Positions 9,479 to 16,968 of a stretch of 27,759 bases of DNA are shown in pieces (within the stretch, counting starts at the first letter, position 1; the number at the start of each line of letters is the position of its first letter). Origin of the DNA: Thermoproteota archaeon (lineage in GTDB: Archaea > Thermoproteota > EX4484-205 > JAAOZP01); the NCBI GenBank assembly GCA_049700215.1, contig JBNAVT010000016.1:19852-47610 (forward strand). The letters are read 5' to 3'. The position numbers were made by a program, and so were the translations under genes. The notes under the pieces are model-generated. The model was not told where the DNA came from. It was given only the letters and a program-made list of their open reading frames with translations, and did no database searches.

Positions 9479-10429
9479 ACAGGCTGAGCCCTCGACAGCC
9501 ATCCGGATAAGGCGTAACGCGTCTTCAAGCTTAATCTCCTGTTTAAACTGGATGCCGCCGATATTTGCCCTGCCCCCTGCGTTCACACCATTGTTTTTCA
9601 AGAGTTCAGCGTAAACCTTGCCGAGGTCTATGCCTCTTGCAGCTATGGTTGCGGAAACCGGTTTGCCCTTCCTTAAGCCTATGCAGACAACCACTTTTTC
9701 ACTCTTCTCCAGCTCGAACATTAACATTCTTCTAGCAGCGGCCTCAAGCTGGTCCGTAACATCGTACGTGAAGTAGGTGACTACACCTGTTCTTCCCAAG
9801 GAGCTTCTGAGCTTCCCAACCCTGTTCTCCACTAGACTCCATCTGCCTAGCTCGCTTTCAACCCACTCCAGAACACTGCCCCAATCCATCTCGTAAACCA
9901 TGCGTGTGAGGCTGGTTCTGACATCTTCCCTCATGCTGTTCAAGAGAAAAGCCTTATTCATCTTCACAGCCAGCTCTGAAACCATGTTTCCGGAGTCTAT
10001 CTCGTCAACAGCCTCGAGAATCCTGACACCGTTCTCGTTTAACTCGAGGAAGTCTTTGAAAACATTGAAAACAAGCCTTGAAACGCTTCTAATCCCGCTG
10101 TTAAACAGTATTTCCCTGGTTTTCCTAGAGCCGTTGTAGAGCGCTATTACGGGTGCTTGACCATGATGGTCTATCAAAACGTTGCTGCCAACGTAAGTCA
10201 ATCCTTTGCTTAAAGGGAGTTCTATAAGTATGCTTCTATAGGCTTTCACAGTGTCGATCTCACTGGGCTTAGGATACTGGATTCTTGAAACATCCGCGCC
10301 CAGAGCCTTCGCCGTTATTGAGGCGGCGAAAATCCCGTCTAGATCAGGGTCGCTCAATATCATGTACTCCGGATTATCCTCAACGAAGCGGAAGAGTATT
10401 TGCCTCCCCTCCTCGTTTTCAAAGCTCAA
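9464..10429 (-). CDS. DHH/DHHA1-family phosphoesterase
   Basis: Motif I DPDLDG, the DHH motif (LIDHHG) and a DHHA1-like AGGRANIGG. Confidence 0.82.
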   Translation of the reverse strand: MSFENEEGRQILFRFVEDNPEYMILSDPDLDGIFAASITAKALGADVSRIQYPKPSEIDTVKAYRSILIELPLSKGLTYVGSNVLIDHHGQAPVIALYNGSRKTREILFNSGIRSVSRLVFNVFKDFLELNENGVRILEAVDEIDSGNMVSELAVKMNKAFLLNSMREDVRTSLTRMVYEMDWGSVLEWVESELGRWSLVENRVGKLRSSLGRTGVVTYFTYDVTDQLEAAARRMLMFELEKSEKVVVCIGLRKGKPVSATIAARGIDLGKVYAELLKNNGVNAGGRANIGGIQFKQEIKLEDALRLIRMAVEGSACSLPV

Positions 10430-10526
10430 GCCTTGTTTCCCTCTTTTTCAGAGTGCTGGTGGAGTTTTCCAGAGCACCCTTATTTAAAACTATTTTTAAA
10501 AGCGACTGGGGCTAGACCATCCTTAG

Positions 10527-11429
10527 TCAAAAGATTTGAAGCATGCTTAAGAGGATAATGATTGCTCCGAGTGCCAGGCAGTAGTAGGAAAACTTGTGGA
10601 AGTTGCGTTTAGCAACGTACTTCCTAACTGTCCCTATGGCAAGGTAGCCGACGACAGCGGTTACCAGAATCCCTAGGCTAATCATCCAATACTCCTGCTC
10701 GAAACTAATTTGCTGAAGCTTAACGAGGCTTCCGCCTATTATGCTCGGGATCGATAAAAGCAGGGAAAACCGGTAGGCCTCTTCTTCCTCAACCCCTCTA
10801 AGTAGACCGGTTGAAACAGTTATCCCGGTTCTGGATATTCCGGGCGTGATTGCAGCAGCTTGAGAAACCCCTATCAGAAAGGAGTCTAAAGTACTCAGTT
10901 TCCTACTTGGTTTAGCATTCCTCGTCGAATACAGGATTAAGCCGTTGAGAAGCATTGCAACACCGGTTGCGAAAAGGCTTTGAAACAATGATTCGAAGAA
11001 GCTTTCAAGAAAGAAGCCCGCCAAGCCGATGGGAATTGTGCCGAGAGCAATGTATACGAGCATCCTGCCTTCTTCTCCTGAGAAATCTAGCCTACACACT
11101 GCTCTAAGAATGGATTGTAAATCGTTTCTTAGAAACAGTATTACCCCAATGAGGGTTCCCAGATGAAGCATGACGTCGAAAGCAACAGAGACTTTTATGT
11201 TAAACAGCTCCTGCACTATTACCAGGTGCCCAGTGCTTGAGATTGGAAACCATTCCGTTAAACCTTGAACGAGGCTTAGGCAAACCGTCTCCAGAATTCC
11301 CGCCAAGCCTGTTCCTCCCTGTTTGGAAAAATCGATGGTTAAAACCGCCTCGGCGAAGATAACTAGCGTTTGAATAAACAGGCAACTAGCGAGAATAAAC
11401 GTTAGCAACCGGCGTTTCCTCTTATCCAC
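10527..11429 (-). CDS. uppP: Undecaprenyl/polyprenyl-diphosphate phosphatase, UppP/BacA family
   Basis: VQGLTEWFPISSTGH, HLGTL, PGISRTG and AYRFSLLLSIP. Confidence 0.93.
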   Translation of the reverse strand: MDKRKRRLLTFILASCLFIQTLVIFAEAVLTIDFSKQGGTGLAGILETVCLSLVQGLTEWFPISSTGHLVIVQELFNIKVSVAFDVMLHLGTLIGVILFLRNDLQSILRAVCRLDFSGEEGRMLVYIALGTIPIGLAGFFLESFFESLFQSLFATGVAMLLNGLILYSTRNAKPSRKLSTLDSFLIGVSQAAAITPGISRTGITVSTGLLRGVEEEEAYRFSLLLSIPSIIGGSLVKLQQISFEQEYWMISLGILVTAVVGYLAIGTVRKYVAKRNFHKFSYYCLALGAIIILLSMLQIF

Positions 11430-11486
11430 AGCCTTTCATAGCAACCACCTTATAAAAGTTTTACAGTTGATAAAACTCTCTACGAA

Positions 11487-14400
11487 TTAAGATTTTTCAA
11501 CAAACTTTCTTGCCGATATCTCATACATCTTTCCTTCAGCATCGAACGTTATGATGTTTTTGTTCAGCCGTATTGCTGCTATTGCGAGCGCTGAGCTTAA
11601 CAGGCCGTCATCCGAGTCCAAACATACAGCATCTATTGTGAGGATTTCTTCACAAAGCCTTTCGACAAGCGTATTCATATCTCTTGATTCAACCCTCCTA
11701 ACCTCGATCGTCGGAGGCCAGATGCCTTCAGACCTAACTCTCCTCCGCAATTCCCTTACCTTGCCGCTTACATCCGATCTTGAATAGATGATTAAAAACT
11801 GAGGCCGGTATTTTCTAACAACTGTTGCAGCATACTCTACCGACTCACCTATTACTACAGCCACGTTAAATCTTAGTGTAGACCATTCTAGGACGAGTTT
11901 CCTAACGTGAGTTATAACTTCATGCGCATTCGACTCAAGCATAACTGCGTAGAGAGACTTCGTATGAACGTAAGCCGCATACTCTTCACCATCCTTCTTA
12001 ACCTCGATCGTGGTTAAGGCTGTAAATGGCCTATTGCCTCCCTTTCCATACCTGAAACTCACCGAATATGAGACATTCCCGTTCTCATCCAGTTTTTCAT
12101 CGCGCGCAACATCTGAAATTACCAGCTCTAATGCTGTACTGCTTTGAGGCAATCTTTCATAAAGATAGTTAACAAATGTTTCAACCTTCTCCGAAGGAAT
12201 CCTCACTGGGATTCGAACCGTCCACACTCCTTCCTTAACTACTTTTTCTTCCATTCTCCACCTTCTCAAAAGCGAGGGGGTTGCTATTTTCGCAGCCCTT
12301 AGGGCAGGGATTGTTGAAGAAACCATGGCTGTCAGAAACGCCATCATTATTATGGAGAGCATATCTATAGGAGTAGTTTTCACGTCGATAGGTATGATCA
12401 TGTTAGAGACGTCAAACACTTTGAATATAATCATGCTCAATATATAGCCAATACCGCCGCCGATGAAGCCGAATACTCCCGCCTCCACTATGAACAGGCT
12501 GGAAATATGAGTAGGGTTTAAGCCTACGGATGAAAAAATGAATATTTCGTTCCTCCTTTCATAAACCAGCGTGTAGAATAGCAGCATAATGTTTAACACG
12601 GTGATGATCATTGGAATAAGAACTGACGCGCCAAAGACCTCGACGGAACCCCCTCTGAAGTAGTAGGTTATGCCCTCTGAACTCGGCATAGTTATGACTG
12701 AATAGTTGGCGAGCAAAGCTAATCTTCTCGAAACCTCCCTTGCCTGCGCATTGTCTTTGAATGTGCAGTAGAGCGCGGAAACGTATCCGCCTAATCTTTG
12801 AGCGGTGAAAGCATCTGTTATCAAGAGGTTGTCAGCGGGCACTGGCTGGGGACCGTTTTCAAAGCCCGGAAGAATATACATGGGTAAGAAATGGCTGCCA
12901 TCTGGCTCTTTTATCCCGTTAACAAGCCCACCGTCAAATATGCCGGCTACTTTTAGCCTTACTCCCCTGAAAACTATGGTCATGCCTACGTCCACGTCTG
13001 CTCTGGTTGCCAAATACCTGCTTATAAGAACAGCATTACTATTGTTAAACAGGCCTTCTATTGCATGCTCAGGGTATGTGGCGCTCCTAATCAAGCCTAG
13101 AGACGGATCTCCCTCGGAAACCCCCCTAACCCCATAGATCGGCACCTCGCTAACATAGTCCAGGGCGCCATACGCAACGGGAGTTATCACCTTATAGTCT
13201 ATTCTTGAAACCTCTCTCTGCGCGCCTATGAAACTAAAATCTTCAAGCGTGAGAGGGCCGGAAGGCTTGATCACCATCGACACTGGAGGCTTATCGGCTG
13301 GCCATGTTTTCGCCACCATTATAGCGTTAGTCGTTAGAGACACCCTTATTGAAGTCAACGTTGATACTGCTATAATCATTATTGTAATGGAGACGAGAGT
13401 TAGCGTAGTCCTTAGCTTCCTCTTTTTCAAGTTTCCAATAGAGTATGAAATAGCGATCAGTAGGGCAGGTATCAATGATACTCCTCGCTCGCTCTTTATT
13501 TCAAGAAAGTAGGGGGCTAAAAATACGAGTAGAAACATGATTATAACAATGTAGATTCCTGTCTGAAGCTCCAACGTTGTAATCCTTGAAAGGCCTGGGA
13601 ACACCTGATAAGCTATAGTCATTAAAACTATGAATGCAATCGCTGTAAACATCGCGTATTGATCCTTCCTCTCTGCAATTATCGAGCCGATGGATAAGGA
13701 TAGAATAGCCACGATCACGAATACTATAATCTGGTTGGTCCGTGTTTCCCTCACGATATTTTGAATAGCATCGATTATTAATACGCTGCTCATCACGGCT
13801 TCTTGCTGATACGCCAGTATCTTAATTGGGTCAGAGGCGTTTAAAACGGCTAAACTAGATCTTTCAATCTGCTCCAACCTGTAAAGCTCCAAGCCCACGT
13901 AGAGCCCAATGTTCCTGGTTTCCTCTACATGTCTTTCCGCAGATTCAATGGTTTCATTGACGAGAGTTTGGTAAGACTTTACCTGGAGGAAAGCGGGTTG
14001 ATCCAGGTAAATTTTAGCATTTTTGCTTAATCTAATCGGCTGGGTACTATTCCCCATTTCCACTACTGTTCTTCTCCCACCGACAGTGATTGAAACCAGT
14101 ATTGACAAGTCTGTTTCAGAAGGAACTATAAGGGTATTTCCAGTTATGTTTAGCAAGCCAAGTAGTGGCAGATGGCTTGAATCATAATTCAGCATTAGTT
14201 GATTAAGCCGCGTCTCATTAAGTAGAAGGACTTGCATTTCCTGCGTTGGAATCGTCAGGTCAAAGGGGGAGGGAACAACAGCCAGTACTTTTGCAACTGC
14301 TCCTGGACATAGGTTTATTTCTATGTTCCTGGTTTCTCTGACTGATAGTTTTCTCAGGCTTATTATTTGAGGCACATAAGTATCTTTTTCGTTTAGCGAG

Positions 14401-16862
14401 GGACCTATGATCCTTATTTCTGAGCCGGAGGGCACTGCTATCGTTGCTTCATCCCAAACCCTGGTGACCATGTATGTCTCATTCACGAACACTAGGAACA
14501 ACTGGGGTTCCCTAGGCTTCGGATTCAACGTTATTTTAAGCATTGATGACGGCTTTACGATGAAGCGTTTAGAATTGGTGTCAATCCTAGTGCCGTTTGC
14601 CAGGAGCAGCTCCGTTGAAACCTCCAGCACATGCTCGGAGTCAACATGGTGTGGCGCCTCGAAGACACGTTTTACGGTAAGATAGGCGGGTGATGATGAA
14701 GAGGGTATTTCAACACTTATGTTCTCACTGACTAGAGTTTCATTGGAGGTTATGTCGTTCAACCTCCAGCTTAGCACCGCGTCCAAAGGCTCCTGGAACA
14801 CGTCGTTCACAAGCCAGAGCCCAATCCTAACTGTTGAGCCTGGGAAAAAGAATAGGGATGTCAGATTATGCCTATAGTCCCCGTCAACCATTATTACGGT
14901 ATGCACAGGGTTGAAAGCGTTCCTAACCTCGTAGTAAGACTCTTTCTTAAAGCCGTAGGAATCTACGATTGAGCCGCTGACGAGCAGGGGGTAGTCTGTA
15001 AGCGGAAGAACATTGACGCCTATAGAAATATTGTACCTAAGTATTCTAACCCTGTCTATCGCATTCCTCAGCACCAGGGACTGGTATTTCTGGCTTAGCT
15101 CAATAAAGCTGGAGAGGTTCTCAGCCGCATCCCTCCAGTAGGCGTTTAGGAAACCCGGGTCAAGCCCCTCCGCCTCAAGAAGCTGAATAACCTGCTCATA
15201 GGGCAGGGTTTGAGCCTCTCCCCAGAATGAAGAGTTTAAACTGGGCAAGCCCACTGGGCTAATTAAGTTTGGAAAGGACTCCTTGTAATGCAGGTAGTCA
15301 ACCCAGCTGCCTGTCCCCCAACCGTAGTCTACGAACCTGTCAACATAATCGTATGCCTCAACGTATGATAGAGCTATGATTCCCTTATTCACCTCTTTAA
15401 CCAAGACGCCCAGATCACGGTCAAGGTAGAAATTGGTTCCAGAACCATAATAGGGTGACTCCTTGTTCAGCCACGGCGGGAGGGTGTGGGGGCAAACTAT
15501 TGTTATCGAGGGATAGTTGTAAGTTAGCAGCAACAGTTCAACGAGCTGAGTCTTCACGAGCCTAGCGTAGTCTTCAGAGTAGTCTAGGGCGGGGTAGGCG
15601 CCTATCAAGGGGAAGTCAAGCTGGACAATAAAGCCTTTCAAAGAGGTTAACTCATAGAACTCTTTCGGCTCAACATGCGCGAATGACCTTAAGAAATTTA
15701 CATTGGCTCCTCTCAGCAGGCTGAGCGTCTCATTCATTTTCGAAAAAAGACTCCGATCAGTAAGCCATTCTAGCCTGGAGAAATACGACCCACCCCTCAG
15801 AAAAACACTCCTACCGTTTACTTTAACGTAAGGATTCTTCTGGGAGATGGATCCCTCTAAGAAACGTATTCCAAAGATTGTCTCAACAGACCCGGCGTAC
15901 TCATCACCATGATGCAGACTAATGTTAAGGAGGTAGACGTTTGGAACGCCAATATCCCATGGGAACCAGTATGCTGGATCCCGGAGGGAGATGCTTAACG
16001 TTTCCCACCTTCTTTCTCCAGCGGAAAGCTTTATGCTGAAAGACTGCTCTAAGCTGGCTGTGTTATTTGAGCCAAGGCCTTTTATTCTCACGGATGCTGC
16101 AAAACTCTCGTCAACGCCCCCTTTGTTCTGAAGTAGAACACGCAGGTTCAAAGAGGCAGGGTTCAAGTACTGTGCAACATCAACTAAGACCAGGTTAATA
16201 ACGGGATCCAGTGTCCCGACGAGGGTGACGCCTCCAGATATTCCGATGAAACTGTTTCGAAGGTCTGGAAGAAACTCTGAGAAAGAGTATATTCCCATCG
16301 GATAGACCCTGGATTCATACGTTTCTTGAACCGGGGACTCCAGGTAAAGGGTCAGCACGTTTACTCCATCACGGAATGCGACATTATCTATGTCGAAGAA
16401 AAAATTGGAGAAGTAACCCACGTGCTCCCCCAGGTAGAAGCCGTTCAGCCAGGCTTTCGCAGCAACCCAGACTCCTGAGAAAACAAGCCTCAGCCTCTGC
16501 CCCTTCATAGTTTCAGGTATTGCAAAAGTCTTCCTCACCCATAGCGAGCTGTTCGATCTAGTTGACTTAAAAAGGAAGGGTGCCTCAACCCTGCTCCAGG
16601 AAGAATCATCATAATAAGGATCATAGTAAAGATTAATGTTTCCAGGGTCGAAAGCGTCAACCTTGTAGCTCCACCTCCCAGTCAATTCATATTTGGAGAG
16701 ATAGAAGTAGTCGAAAGGCGCCAAGTAGGCAGAAGCCTTGTCAACCAGGTTTTCAGAGGGCTCTACGAAGAAATATCGTAAACCAGGGAGAATTAGAGCC
16801 GCTATCAAAAACGATACTGAGACTATTGTTAGAAGCGGCTCTACGATTCTCCTAGGCGCCAT
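11487..16862 (-). CDS. Giant membrane fusion protein: GH2 beta-mannosidase-like ectodomain + MacB/FtsX-like ABC permease + C-terminal CARF-like domain
   Basis: N-terminal TM anchor. GH2 N-terminal and Ig motifs WVRKTF, LVFSGVWVAAKAWLNGFYLGEHVGYF, WFPWDIGVPNVY, FGIR, VNGRSVFLRG and ANVNFLR. MacB signature NLKKRKLRTTLT, FtsX signature YERRNEIFIFSSVG..LFIVEAG, IPALRAAK, and a Rossmann-like tail. ATG at 16862 (GTG at 16865). Confidence 0.85.
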   Translation of the reverse strand: MAPRRIVEPLLTIVSVSFLIAALILPGLRYFFVEPSENLVDKASAYLAPFDYFYLSKYELTGRWSYKVDAFDPGNINLYYDPYYDDSSWSRVEAPFLFKSTRSNSSLWVRKTFAIPETMKGQRLRLVFSGVWVAAKAWLNGFYLGEHVGYFSNFFFDIDNVAFRDGVNVLTLYLESPVQETYESRVYPMGIYSFSEFLPDLRNSFIGISGGVTLVGTLDPVINLVLVDVAQYLNPASLNLRVLLQNKGGVDESFAASVRIKGLGSNNTASLEQSFSIKLSAGERRWETLSISLRDPAYWFPWDIGVPNVYLLNISLHHGDEYAGSVETIFGIRFLEGSISQKNPYVKVNGRSVFLRGGSYFSRLEWLTDRSLFSKMNETLSLLRGANVNFLRSFAHVEPKEFYELTSLKGFIVQLDFPLIGAYPALDYSEDYARLVKTQLVELLLLTYNYPSITIVCPHTLPPWLNKESPYYGSGTNFYLDRDLGVLVKEVNKGIIALSYVEAYDYVDRFVDYGWGTGSWVDYLHYKESFPNLISPVGLPSLNSSFWGEAQTLPYEQVIQLLEAEGLDPGFLNAYWRDAAENLSSFIELSQKYQSLVLRNAIDRVRILRYNISIGVNVLPLTDYPLLVSGSIVDSYGFKKESYYEVRNAFNPVHTVIMVDGDYRHNLTSLFFFPGSTVRIGLWLVNDVFQEPLDAVLSWRLNDITSNETLVSENISVEIPSSSSPAYLTVKRVFEAPHHVDSEHVLEVSTELLLANGTRIDTNSKRFIVKPSSMLKITLNPKPREPQLFLVFVNETYMVTRVWDEATIAVPSGSEIRIIGPSLNEKDTYVPQIISLRKLSVRETRNIEINLCPGAVAKVLAVVPSPFDLTIPTQEMQVLLLNETRLNQLMLNYDSSHLPLLGLLNITGNTLIVPSETDLSILVSITVGGRRTVVEMGNSTQPIRLSKNAKIYLDQPAFLQVKSYQTLVNETIESAERHVEETRNIGLYVGLELYRLEQIERSSLAVLNASDPIKILAYQQEAVMSSVLIIDAIQNIVRETRTNQIIVFVIVAILSLSIGSIIAERKDQYAMFTAIAFIVLMTIAYQVFPGLSRITTLELQTGIYIVIIMFLLVFLAPYFLEIKSERGVSLIPALLIAISYSIGNLKKRKLRTTLTLVSITIMIIAVSTLTSIRVSLTTNAIMVAKTWPADKPPVSMVIKPSGPLTLEDFSFIGAQREVSRIDYKVITPVAYGALDYVSEVPIYGVRGVSEGDPSLGLIRSATYPEHAIEGLFNNSNAVLISRYLATRADVDVGMTIVFRGVRLKVAGIFDGGLVNGIKEPDGSHFLPMYILPGFENGPQPVPADNLLITDAFTAQRLGGYVSALYCTFKDNAQAREVSRRLALLANYSVITMPSSEGITYYFRGGSVEVFGASVLIPMIITVLNIMLLFYTLVYERRNEIFIFSSVGLNPTHISSLFIVEAGVFGFIGGGIGYILSMIIFKVFDVSNMIIPIDVKTTPIDMLSIIMMAFLTAMVSSTIPALRAAKIATPSLLRRWRMEEKVVKEGVWTVRIPVRIPSEKVETFVNYLYERLPQSSTALELVISDVARDEKLDENGNVSYSVSFRYGKGGNRPFTALTTIEVKKDGEEYAAYVHTKSLYAVMLESNAHEVITHVRKLVLEWSTLRFNVAVVIGESVEYAATVVRKYRPQFLIIYSRSDVSGKVRELRRRVRSEGIWPPTIEVRRVESRDMNTLVERLCEEILTIDAVCLDSDDGLLSSALAIAAIRLNKNIITFDAEGKMYEISARKFVEKS

Positions 16863-16865
16863 CAC

Positions 16866-16968
16866 CGGATTGCTTCCAATTGAAGCACGATATAAGTTTT
16901 TACTTAACGTTTCAACCCTGAGGCGAAGATAGATTTATAAAAAGGCTGGTTTTCGAGATAGGTGAGAG
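16866..16968. promoter_or_regulatory. Divergent archaeal promoter region
   Basis: TTTATAAA at ~16934-16941 and Shine-Dalgarno GGTGAG at 16961-16966 for the + gene. The minus strand reads AAAAACTTATAT (~16889-16900), ~27 nt upstream of the giant gene. Confidence 0.6.
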
